Shown here: one piece after another, positions 53,867 through 62,996 of the stretch
Layout: every line of letters begins with the position of its first letter
Numbering within the stretch: position 1 is the first letter of the stretch
Origin: Candidatus Latescibacterota bacterium
GTDB lineage: Bacteria; Latescibacterota; UBA2968; UBA8231
Assembly: GCA_965248265.1 (NCBI GenBank)
Contig: CBDFJF010000002.1
Span: forward strand, 1,728,001-1,792,000
Length of the DNA stretch: 64,000 nucleotides
Reading direction: 5' to 3'
The notes under the pieces: model-generated
What the model was told of the DNA's origin: nothing
What the model saw: the letters and a program-made list of their open reading frames with translations, nothing else
Databases searched by the model: none
Made by a program: the position numbers and the translations under genes

Positions 53867-54538
53867 GTGCTCATCCAGCTATTTTCATCGAAGTCAATCA
53901 CGCGTGCTTGTGGCAAAACTATCCGTTGTGGATCGCAAATGGGATTAGCACCCTGGTTTTTTGGGCTTGCGGGATTCATAGTCGTCACTGACGGTTCGGC
54001 GCTCGCTGAGGAGTCAGCCAGCGACTCGGTCGCTGGTGCCGGCGCGCACGAAACGACGAATGTCGAGGTTGAAGGCACACTCGGCGATGACTGGTTTGAG
54101 AGCGTGTGGCGGGACGTCGATGACATGGTCCGCCAGGAGTCCCTCGAGTTGCAAGAGACCGTCACTGCAGCTGGGGTCCGTGGGGACGAAGCCGAGGGCG
54201 ACCTGCTCGATCAACTTCACTACGTAGACGAAGTTCCCAGACCCACAGAGCAGGTTCTCAACCAGGTTATACATGCGCTGAAGAAAGCGCTCGTTGGCGC
54301 AGAGCGTCTCGAATTAGGACAGGATTCTGTGGCGGTAATAACGCCGACTCTGGCGGCTCTGGCGCAAAGGCAGTTGTACATCGCGCGCTGTTACGAAGAG
54401 CTAGGCGAGAGGGATAGTGCGCGGGTCTACTACTCCACAGTCGCTTCACGTGAGGCTGCTTTGGTGATCGCCGCCGAAGCGACGGCCGGCCTTGAGCGGC
54501 TTGCGAGCCAGTCATCTGCGCCAGACTCCACCCAGTAG
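53867..54538 (+). CDS. Hypothetical secreted protein with C-terminal TPR-like helix pair
   Basis: Possible start at 53939; VTAAGVRG; LYIARCYEELG..ARVYY. Confidence 0.65.
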   Translation: MLIQLFSSKSITRACGKTIRCGSQMGLAPWFFGLAGFIVVTDGSALAEESASDSVAGAGAHETTNVEVEGTLGDDWFESVWRDVDDMVRQESLELQETVTAAGVRGDEAEGDLLDQLHYVDEVPRPTEQVLNQVIHALKKALVGAERLELGQDSVAVITPTLAALAQRQLYIARCYEELGERDSARVYYSTVASREAALVIAAEATAGLERLASQSSAPDSTQ

Positions 54539-54593
54539 GAAGCTCACTGATACACGCCAACCGAATGAACGCGCACCAGGGGATATCGACCGC

Positions 54594-55922
54594 ATGAGAA
54601 CACGTTTCGGTTTTCGCATAGCAGTGCTGATTGTCGCCGTCCTCCCCCTACTCGCCATCGCGGATGAAGGACAGATAATCACGGGTGGTGGAGAGGGGAG
54701 CCTGGGCGCGGACGTGGACGGCGACGGGGAAATGGATGGAGCCTACTTCGGGATCGGGGCCACGCTCCAGGACGAAGGGGCCAGCGGTCACCTGGTATAT
54801 GGCATGTGGGGCAACACCGACGTGGAGGGATTACCGGTGTTCGGTCTCGAAGGCCAGATCACCGGCGCCGATAGGCCCCCGGGTAGCGACAGCGTCCTCC
54901 TCACAGGTTCGGGCACCGTGGACCTGGGTGAGGGCGTGACGGACTCCATGCGGGAGCTCCCCTTCGAGGCGTTCGTCACTCCGGGGCGAGCAGATCAGGG
55001 AAGTCTTCAAGTCACCATCATCGGTGCGCTGGACGGCGCCCTCGGGGACACGGTCCCCGACAACGGCAACTATGAGATGCCGGCGCAGGCGATCGCCAGC
55101 GGGCAGATCACGCTTCAACCGGCCCTGGAAGTTGAGACCGTCGATCGCGACGGCTCGCACGTCATCGCTGGGGGCGGTCTGACCACCTTTGGCACAGACC
55201 TGGACGACGACGGCGATGTAGACGGGGCCTATTTCGGGCTGGGGTTGGATTTGCAGGGCGGCGAGGTTGAAGGGCACTTCGTCTGCGCCATGTGGGGGGA
55301 CACCGAGTACTGGGGCTTGCCGCTGATGGCCATTGAGGGTGTCGTCGACAGCATCTCGATCGGCTCTGACACAGGCAACGTCTTCAGATTCAGTGGCGTC
55401 GGTACCGTCGATCTGGGCAGCGATGAGGGATTCTTCACCGGTGTGCCATTCCACGTGAACGCGAAGGCTGGAGGCCCCGAGGATGGAGAGTTGCAGTTGA
55501 CCATCGTCGGCGTTCTCGACGGCGTCCCCGGCGATACGGTGACCGGGAACAACGCATGCGATCTACCACTCGAGACCATCTCCAGTGGCCTGATCGCATT
55601 CCAGGCGGCTCCGCAGATGACGGCCGTCCTCGAAGAGCCGGGCATCAGCACGCCCAAGCGCTTTGTCCTGGAGGAGAACGTGCCCAATCCCTTCAACCCG
55701 TCGACGACCATCCGCTTTTCTCTGCCGCATCGCGGTCGGGTAGTACTGAGGGTCCTGAACGGCGACGGCCAGGAAATTGACACGCTGGTCGATGAGGAAC
55801 TCGCACCGGGGACCTACAGGACAGAGTGGATTCCTGGTGAGGCAGCGGCGAGTGGGGTGTACTACTACCGGCTTCGAACCGAGCGCGCGGTGGAGACGAA
55901 GAAAATGCTGTTTTTGAAGTGA
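54594..55922 (+). CDS. Secreted protein with two tandem acidic domains and a T9SS/FlgD-type C-terminal domain
   Basis: Repeated DxDxDGxxDGAYFG..GHxVxxMWG..GTVDLG..VPxxxxGN; ENVPNPFNP..SGVYYYRL..KKMLFLK. Confidence 0.8.
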   Translation: MRTRFGFRIAVLIVAVLPLLAIADEGQIITGGGEGSLGADVDGDGEMDGAYFGIGATLQDEGASGHLVYGMWGNTDVEGLPVFGLEGQITGADRPPGSDSVLLTGSGTVDLGEGVTDSMRELPFEAFVTPGRADQGSLQVTIIGALDGALGDTVPDNGNYEMPAQAIASGQITLQPALEVETVDRDGSHVIAGGGLTTFGTDLDDDGDVDGAYFGLGLDLQGGEVEGHFVCAMWGDTEYWGLPLMAIEGVVDSISIGSDTGNVFRFSGVGTVDLGSDEGFFTGVPFHVNAKAGGPEDGELQLTIVGVLDGVPGDTVTGNNACDLPLETISSGLIAFQAAPQMTAVLEEPGISTPKRFVLEENVPNPFNPSTTIRFSLPHRGRVVLRVLNGDGQEIDTLVDEELAPGTYRTEWIPGEAAASGVYYYRLRTERAVETKKMLFLK

Positions 55923-56005
55923 CTGCAACGGCGGCGTTCGAGCAATGATAGGCTGCCCAGCGTATTCCGCACGACCCGACGATCACATCCTGAGGGAGGC
56001 TTCTG

Positions 56006-56959
56006 ATGTCCATAGCAATGTTCGTGATGAGTGCCATCGCACTCGCCTTGTTGAGCCGTGTTGAGGCGCAGTCGATGGGCAAGATCCTTTTTGAATCAAA
56101 TCGCGGGGGCTTTTTCCAGGTCTTCGCGATGGGCTCGGACGGCAGCGATCCGATCAGTCTGACCGACCATGGCGTTAGCGGGTACGATGGCTTTGCGGCG
56201 TGGTCGAAGAATGGGGATCGGATAGTTTTCTCTTCAACTCGCGATACCGGCGACTTCAACCTGTACGTGATGGATGCGGACGGCAGCAACCCCGTCAATC
56301 TGATCGACCCCTCGTCGAGCGATTGGTATCCGACCTGGTCTCCAGACGGCAGCAAGATCGCATTCGAGTCAGACATGAACGATGGTGACACCGAGATCTA
56401 CGTCACAGATGCGGACGGCAGCAATTTGGTCAACCTCACGAACAGTCCGGGGCCCGATGTGCATCCGGACTGGTCTCCGGACGGCAGCCGCATCGTCTTC
56501 TGCTCGCGACGAGACGGCAATTGGGAGATGTACGTGATGGATGCGGACGGCAGCAATCCAGTCAATATCACCAACGACTCTGTCTCATCCCATCATCAGG
56601 TTTACTCACCGGACGGAACCAAGATCGCGTTCATGACTGACCGTGACGGCGATCAGGAGATCTATGTCATGGATGCCGACGGCAGCAATCCGGTCAATCT
56701 CACAAACAGCCTGGCGACGGACCGGGAGCCCACCTGGTCACCGGACGGCAGTCAGATTGCCTTTCAGACCGATCGGGATGGCAACGGCGAGATCTACGTG
56801 ATGGACGCGGACGGCAGCAATCCCGTCAATTTGACCAACGACCCGGCGGACGACGCTCGGCCTAGTTGGCTGCCCGCAGCTGTCCCGGGAACCGTTGTCG
56901 AGACGACGACGTGGGGCGGCGTCAAGGATGAAGCTCCAGAGTCTCAGAGGAAAGACTGA
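56006..56959 (+). CDS. TolB-like PD40 beta-propeller protein with C-terminal TTWGGVK tail
   Basis: Repeats of WSPDGSKIAF..EIYVMDADGSNPVNLT; GGAGG RBS. Confidence 0.9.
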   Translation: MSIAMFVMSAIALALLSRVEAQSMGKILFESNRGGFFQVFAMGSDGSDPISLTDHGVSGYDGFAAWSKNGDRIVFSSTRDTGDFNLYVMDADGSNPVNLIDPSSSDWYPTWSPDGSKIAFESDMNDGDTEIYVTDADGSNLVNLTNSPGPDVHPDWSPDGSRIVFCSRRDGNWEMYVMDADGSNPVNITNDSVSSHHQVYSPDGTKIAFMTDRDGDQEIYVMDADGSNPVNLTNSLATDREPTWSPDGSQIAFQTDRDGNGEIYVMDADGSNPVNLTNDPADDARPSWLPAAVPGTVVETTTWGGVKDEAPESQRKD

Positions 56960-57065
56960 GCACCGTTCACCCTACTCGATGCGGGTACTACCCTATGGAC
57001 CCCACGTCACCACGCTCGCTCAACCGGCAGTGGCCTACGCTCTGGAGGCGCCCGGCTCTGGATCG

Positions 57066-60000
57066 ATGACGGGAATCGCCAGACAACCCCCCGTCCGTTT
57101 CCTGTGTTCCGGCAGCGGCGGATTGCGGGCATTTCTCTGTCTGACCCTCCTTGCGTGTGTCGGCAGCACCCAGGCCCAGCAATGGACCACGCTCACCAAG
57201 AAGGATGGTCTGGCGGGTGACGGAGTGCATGCCATCCATCAGTCGTCCGATGGGGCCATGTGGTTTGCGACGGGCGGCGACTTCTCGGCATCTGCCGGCG
57301 TCAATCGCTACGATGGCAGCTGGCAGACGTTTACCACCGCCGACGGTCTCATCAGTGAATTGGTCACTTCCATAGGGCAGGCTTCCGATGGGGCCATGTG
57401 GTTCGGGACTGTCGAAGGAATAAGCCAATACGATGGAACCGTTTGGACGACGTTCACGACAGCCGATGGCCTGGGTTCCAATGCCGTTTGGGCCATGTAT
57501 GAGTCGTCCGACGGGGCCATGTGGTTCGCGACGGGACCTGATTCGGAGGTGTCCGAGGGGGGTGTCAGTCGTTACGATGGCAGCTGGCAGACCTTCACCA
57601 CCGCCGATGGAGTCGCTGGAGGACGGGTGACTTCGATCTACCAGTCGTCCGATGGAGCCATGTGGTTCGGCATGCAGCCCAACCGGGATGCAAGCACGGG
57701 CGGCGTCAGTCGCTACGATGGCAGCTGGCAGACCTTCACCACCGCTGATGGCCTCGCCGGCCAGTACGTCACTTCGATCTACCAGTCGTCCGATGGAGCC
57801 ATGTGGTTCGGCACGAGGGGTGACGGTGTCAGTCGGTACGACGGAACATGGCAGACGTTCACGACAGCCGATGGTCTTGCTGAGAACGACGTTCTGTCTG
57901 TTTTCGAATCTTCGGATGGCGTCATGTGGTTTGGGACACTCACCGGTGGTCTGAGCCGTTACGACGGAACATGGCAGACGTTCACGGTGGACGACAGGCT
58001 GGCAGGCAATCAGGTGAACTCAATTTATCAGTCTTCGGACGGGGCTATGTGGTTCGCATCTCCCGCGGCAACCGACTTCGACGTGCGCGCGATTACGGGT
58101 ACGAGTGGTGGGGTCACTCGCTACGACGGCATCAACTGGCAGACGTTCACTACGGATAACGGACTTGCTGAAGGCCGGGTAGAGTCTGTGAATCAGGCAG
58201 CCGACGGCGCGATGTGGTTCGCAACCAGAGGTGGCGTGAGTCGCTTCGACGGAACCAGTTGGGAAAAACTCACGACGGCCCACGGCCTCACTGGTAACCA
58301 GGTGCTCTCTGTGTATCGCTCGAGGGACGGGGCCCTGTGGTTCACCACAGACAACGGAGTCAGTCGCTTCGACGGGACCTGGCAGAGATTTCGCCAGACC
58401 CCCGACGGTTTGGCCGACAGGGCCATACTATCTGCGCATGAAGCCTCCGACGGCGCCATGTGGTTCGGGACTTTTAGTCGTGGTGTCAGCCGGTATGATG
58501 GAACGGACTGGCAGACTTTCACGACGGTCCATGGCCTTGCATCTGACCGGGTCGAGTCCGTGTATCAGTCCAGGGATGGATCGATGTGGTTCGGAACCTC
58601 TGGCGGTGTCAGCCGATATGATGGAACGGACTGGCAGACCTTCACGACGGCCGATGGCCTGGTTGCAAACGGTGTACTATCCGTGTATGAGTCCGCCGAT
58701 GGAGCGATGTGGTTTGGGACTTTCATCAACGGAGTGAGTCGATACGACGGTGCCAACTGGACCACGTTTACCGGCGTCGATGGTCTGTCCGGGAACAAGG
58801 TGCAAGCGGTCTATCAGTCCGCGGACGGATCGATGTGGTTCGGGACCTCGGGAGGGGTAAGCCGGTATGACGGAAGCCAATGGCAGACGCTCACCATCGA
58901 CGACGGCCTGCCCAGCAACTGGGTGCTTTCAGTGTATGAATCGTCCGACGGGTTGATGTGGTTCGGGACGAATGGCAGCGGGGTCACTTCCTTCCGCAGA
59001 CCGCCGAGAGCGCTCGTACAGACGTTGATCCTGCGATCGCCCGCTCGCCTGCACGGCTCGGACCGGTTCTTTTTCGAGAGTCAAGGGTTTCAAATCGCGT
59101 CCCCGATTCAGCCGCCGATTTCATACACTCTCACCCGCGATACGACAGCGCCGCGGGAATTCGACTGGTCTCCTTTCGAGCTCGCCTCAGGCTTCGAGTT
59201 GACGGGCCTGGAAAACGGCACCTGGACCTATCACGTGCGCGCCAAGGATCGCTATAGCCTCATCGATCCCACCCCGGCAACCGTCACCTTCACCGTCGAT
59301 CTGACTGACCCCACGGTCTTGATCTCCAGCCCCCGAGGAGGAGATGCGATCAGTGGCCAGGTGGTCATACAGGGTTCGGCTTTTGACAATTCCGAGCCAC
59401 CCGATCTCAAGAGCTATGTGCTGGAGTACGCAAAGGGAGAGACGCAGGGACAGGTGAGCGAGGCTGACTGGCTCGCCGACCGCATACAGGTCCAATCGCC
59501 GAAACCTGTGATCAGCGGCATTCTCGGGACATGGGACACGGTCGGACTGCATGGGGCGCATTTGTTGCGTCTGACTGCCGTGGACAGCCTGGCTCACCGA
59601 ACCAAATACGCCGTAGCGGTCCGGATCGTAACCGCAGTCGAGGAGGTGGATCCACGCCAGGGAGGCCATGTCGCGGACGCCGGCAACAGTGCGGACCTCT
59701 ACATTCCCCCCAATGGGATCGATCAGAGTACGCAGGTGACGATTGCCCCTGTGGATGAGACCGGCCTCGTATTGCCGAACGATCCGGATGTGCAGTTCCT
59801 CGGGATGGCATTCGATATCGAGCCAGCTGACCTCGCGCTCGGCAAACCCGCAACCTTCGTGCTGGCCCTCGACGGTATTTCGATCCCGGAAGCCGATCCA
59901 GCTCGTCTCGCACTCTTCACCTATTCGGAGGCAGACGGTGGGTGGGAGCCGCTGGGCGGGACCGTAGACGCCGGCACGAACAAGATCACAGTGGCTCTAA

Positions 60001-60359
60001 CTCAGCTCGGCCGGCTTGCCCTGATGCAGAACTCTTCCGAGGACACGGGGAGCCTCTCCATTGCCGACCTGAACTGCCAGCCGCGCGTGTTCTATCCGAG
60101 AGGTGGTGGTTTCGATCTGCAGACGACCGTCTCCTTCAATCTGGGCACGAGGACAGACGTCACGGTGAAAGTGTACGATGAGGCGGGCCGCTTCAAGCGC
60201 GAAATCGTGGCAGACAAACCCATGAATTCCGGCAGCAACGCAGAGGTTTGGGACGGGAAGGACAACGACGGCAACATCGTCTTGAGTGGCGTGTACATCG
60301 TCACCGTGGAAGCCGGCAGCAAGGTGAAGACTAAGACGGTCGGCGTGTTGAACGAGTGA
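57066..60359 (+). CDS. Two-component-regulator-type beta-propeller repeat protein with Ig-like and FlgD C-terminal domains
   Basis: About 14 repeats of WQTFTTADGL..V.SIYQSSDGAMWFGT..GVSRYDG; DPTPA Ig-like domain; WDGKD..SGVYIV; start uncertain (ORF opens at 56895). Confidence 0.85.
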   Translation: MTGIARQPPVRFLCSGSGGLRAFLCLTLLACVGSTQAQQWTTLTKKDGLAGDGVHAIHQSSDGAMWFATGGDFSASAGVNRYDGSWQTFTTADGLISELVTSIGQASDGAMWFGTVEGISQYDGTVWTTFTTADGLGSNAVWAMYESSDGAMWFATGPDSEVSEGGVSRYDGSWQTFTTADGVAGGRVTSIYQSSDGAMWFGMQPNRDASTGGVSRYDGSWQTFTTADGLAGQYVTSIYQSSDGAMWFGTRGDGVSRYDGTWQTFTTADGLAENDVLSVFESSDGVMWFGTLTGGLSRYDGTWQTFTVDDRLAGNQVNSIYQSSDGAMWFASPAATDFDVRAITGTSGGVTRYDGINWQTFTTDNGLAEGRVESVNQAADGAMWFATRGGVSRFDGTSWEKLTTAHGLTGNQVLSVYRSRDGALWFTTDNGVSRFDGTWQRFRQTPDGLADRAILSAHEASDGAMWFGTFSRGVSRYDGTDWQTFTTVHGLASDRVESVYQSRDGSMWFGTSGGVSRYDGTDWQTFTTADGLVANGVLSVYESADGAMWFGTFINGVSRYDGANWTTFTGVDGLSGNKVQAVYQSADGSMWFGTSGGVSRYDGSQWQTLTIDDGLPSNWVLSVYESSDGLMWFGTNGSGVTSFRRPPRALVQTLILRSPARLHGSDRFFFESQGFQIASPIQPPISYTLTRDTTAPREFDWSPFELASGFELTGLENGTWTYHVRAKDRYSLIDPTPATVTFTVDLTDPTVLISSPRGGDAISGQVVIQGSAFDNSEPPDLKSYVLEYAKGETQGQVSEADWLADRIQVQSPKPVISGILGTWDTVGLHGAHLLRLTAVDSLAHRTKYAVAVRIVTAVEEVDPRQGGHVADAGNSADLYIPPNGIDQSTQVTIAPVDETGLVLPNDPDVQFLGMAFDIEPADLALGKPATFVLALDGISIPEADPARLALFTYSEADGGWEPLGGTVDAGTNKITVALTQLGRLALMQNSSEDTGSLSIADLNCQPRVFYPRGGGFDLQTTVSFNLGTRTDVTVKVYDEAGRFKREIVADKPMNSGSNAEVWDGKDNDGNIVLSGVYIVTVEAGSKVKTKTVGVLNE

Positions 60360-62719
60360 TGACGATCGCCAAACATAGGGACACCATCATGATCAGGAAC
60401 AGTAGAAGCTTCCTGGCAGTCGCCCTCGTTTCGATTGCGGCTAGTGCCGTATCCGTGACTGCGCGGCAACCGGAGATCGGCGCCCGTCCCCTCGGCATGG
60501 GGGAGACCTTCCTGGCTGTCGCCGACGACGGCAACGCGCTGCTGTGGAACCCGGCCGGGCTTCCCTCCCTGGGACACCACGAGATCATCGCCAGCCACGC
60601 CGACCTCTTCGGCATCGGTATCGACACGAACAACTTCGGGTACGTCTTCCCCATGAAGGATGACGCCGCCCTCGGGTTCGACTGGAACAACCTGGGATCC
60701 AGCGATTCGGAGTTCGAGTTCAAGAAAGATAGCTTCCGTTTCTCCTACGGTCACAGGGTACGGCAGGGGTTGTCGTTGGGTTTGGGCGTGCGGTATCTCA
60801 CCACCGACATGATTCTGGACAACCAGTCACTGGGCAACGGATCGGGATGGGGACTCGATCTGGCGGCGCTCTACGCCCTCAACGACCAACTGAACCTGGC
60901 CGTGGCCGCCAGAGACGTGATGGACACGAAGGCGCGGTACAAAGGCCGGGGTACCGATACCATCGCCGAGCGCCAGCTCCGCGCCGGGTTGGCCTACCGG
61001 CCGTCGCCCGAGCTGACCGTGGCCTCGGATGTGGACGACCAGTTCCATCTTGGAGCGGAGTACTGGCACGAGAACATCCTGGCGTTACGCGCGGGAGTGC
61101 AGAAGGACCTGACGGAGACCTCGGAGCCACTGACCTACGCGGCGGGGTTGGGATTGCGCTACAACCTGTTTCGTTTCGACTACGCCTACGTCGCCCCGCC
61201 AACCCTCCCCGCGAGCAGCCGCTTCTCCGTTTCTCTCTTTTTCAATTTGTATCCCTCTCAGGTGCGCATTGCGGAGACGGAATTCAACAACGTTTTTCCG
61301 GCCTTTCACAAGCACTATGCCACAGCTGCCGTCGGCAAGGTGAAACTACACAATCGGGGCGACAAACCTCTCAAGACGACTTTGAGTTTTTACATCCCCG
61401 AACTGATGGCCGTTCCCACAGATCAGCAGGTAATCGTCCGTCCGAAGGAGACGAAGCAGGTCGAAGTGACCGGCGTGTTCTCCAACAGTGTCACCGAGTT
61501 GACCGAGGACATCCTCACACAGGCACAGATCGAGGTCTCCTACACCGCTGAACAAAGAACCCGGTCAGACAAGAAATCTGCCGGGCTTTTCGTGTACAAC
61601 CGCAACGCCATGGTCTGGGACGACCTGAAAAGAGCGGCGGCCTTCGTTACCTCGACCGATCCGAGCATCGCCGAGTTCGCTCGCTCGACTATCCTGGGAC
61701 ACGAAGAGGAGGTCAAACAGTTGGGACGGGGCAGTCGCAACATGCTACGCGCCCTTGTGTTGTTCGAGGCGGTGAAGGAGCACGGTGTGCGTTACATCGC
61801 CGATCCGAACAACCCCTACTCCAGGATGTCAGCGGACAAGTCTGCCGTGGACAATATCCAGTACCCCGCCGAGGTGCTGAGAAGAAAATCGGGGGACTGC
61901 GATGATCTCACCGCCCTCTACTGTGCTCTGCTGGAGAACGTCGGCATTCCCACTGCACTGGTAGATGCGCCCGGTCACATCTTTATGATGTTCGACAGCG
62001 GTGTTCCGGTTGATCGGGGTCATGCGCTGCCGATGGAGGAAAATATGTACGTGGCGAGGCACGGACATCTGTGGATCCCCGTGGAGATCACCCTGTTCGG
62101 TGACTCGTTCGTCGAGGCCTGGAAGTCCGGTGCCGGGGAGTGCACGCGCCTCGAGCAGGCGGATCGATTGATGGCAGTCGATACGGCCGAAGCGTGGGCG
62201 GTCTATGAACCGTCGCCGCCGAAGTTCGAGGACGAGATCCGTCCACCGGACAAGGAACACCTGACGGACAGCTTTTCAGCGGGCCTGGTGAAGGTCAGAG
62301 ACATGATGCAGTCCTTCATCGACCGTGTCTACGTCAGGCCACTGCAAGAGAGCCCGGAAGATCTGGATCGCATGTTCGATCTCGCCCAGGTGTACGTCTT
62401 TATCCGGCAGTTCGACGAGGCGATTGCGCAATATCGGCGCCTTGAGGATCTGGAGGCGGAGCCTGGCAGGCTGTACAACAACTGGGGGATCGCCTATTTC
62501 GTGAAGGGCGAAGTGGAAAACGCCGCCCTGAGCTTCAAGAAGGCTCTAGACATAGACCCGAACGACAGAGGTACCCGAGCCAATTTCGATCTGGCGATGT
62601 CCGAACTTGGGGAGCAAGAGAGAGTAGCTTTCGCGCAGGAGTTGGGCGTATCTGTGTCCGGGGAGACGAAGGCCGCCGAGTTCGAGATCGATGAAGAGAG
62701 CTTTTACTGGAAAGATTAA
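60356..62719 (+). CDS. PorV/PorQ-like barrel + Ig-like + transglutaminase-like (GDCDD) + TPR fusion protein
   Basis: GARPLGMG..A.ADD..A..WNPAGL, FRFDYAY; QYPAEVL..GDCDD..GHIF..WIPVEIT; LYNNWGIAY TPR. Confidence 0.8.
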   Translation: MMTIAKHRDTIMIRNSRSFLAVALVSIAASAVSVTARQPEIGARPLGMGETFLAVADDGNALLWNPAGLPSLGHHEIIASHADLFGIGIDTNNFGYVFPMKDDAALGFDWNNLGSSDSEFEFKKDSFRFSYGHRVRQGLSLGLGVRYLTTDMILDNQSLGNGSGWGLDLAALYALNDQLNLAVAARDVMDTKARYKGRGTDTIAERQLRAGLAYRPSPELTVASDVDDQFHLGAEYWHENILALRAGVQKDLTETSEPLTYAAGLGLRYNLFRFDYAYVAPPTLPASSRFSVSLFFNLYPSQVRIAETEFNNVFPAFHKHYATAAVGKVKLHNRGDKPLKTTLSFYIPELMAVPTDQQVIVRPKETKQVEVTGVFSNSVTELTEDILTQAQIEVSYTAEQRTRSDKKSAGLFVYNRNAMVWDDLKRAAAFVTSTDPSIAEFARSTILGHEEEVKQLGRGSRNMLRALVLFEAVKEHGVRYIADPNNPYSRMSADKSAVDNIQYPAEVLRRKSGDCDDLTALYCALLENVGIPTALVDAPGHIFMMFDSGVPVDRGHALPMEENMYVARHGHLWIPVEITLFGDSFVEAWKSGAGECTRLEQADRLMAVDTAEAWAVYEPSPPKFEDEIRPPDKEHLTDSFSAGLVKVRDMMQSFIDRVYVRPLQESPEDLDRMFDLAQVYVFIRQFDEAIAQYRRLEDLEAEPGRLYNNWGIAYFVKGEVENAALSFKKALDIDPNDRGTRANFDLAMSELGEQERVAFAQELGVSVSGETKAAEFEIDEESFYWKD

Positions 62720-62930
62720 CGGCGACAGGCCAGAGCCCGGATTCTTCGTCCATACGGCTCCCCGGATCGACGCCCGCAACCCCGCCGCTACGTCGCCCGC
62801 CCACCACCGCTGGCTGGCAGACGTTCTCCGACAACGAGCTCGAATTCGCTGACTGAGCTCGCCTCACCGGCAGACGGGATCGCTGCGTCCGAATCGCCCT
62901 TTCGTATTTTGAGGCATGGAATATTTCCAT

Positions 62931-62996
62931 ATACGTGATGAACAGATCGATGCTATCCTGGTCGACAACCCGGCGCGACTTTTCGCGTTTGCGTGA
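62931..62996 (+). pseudogene. C-terminal remnant of a phosphotriesterase-like gene
   Basis: IRDEQIDAILVDNPARLFAFA-stop, TGA overlapping the next ATG. Confidence 0.5.

Noticed and set aside
56260-56870. Repeated GGACGGCAGCAA motifs
   Set aside because: PD40 coding repeats of the TolB-like protein
57180-59000. Regularly spaced DNA repeats resembling a CRISPR array
   Set aside because: They are in-frame, degenerate beta-propeller coding repeats; no unique spacers or cas genes
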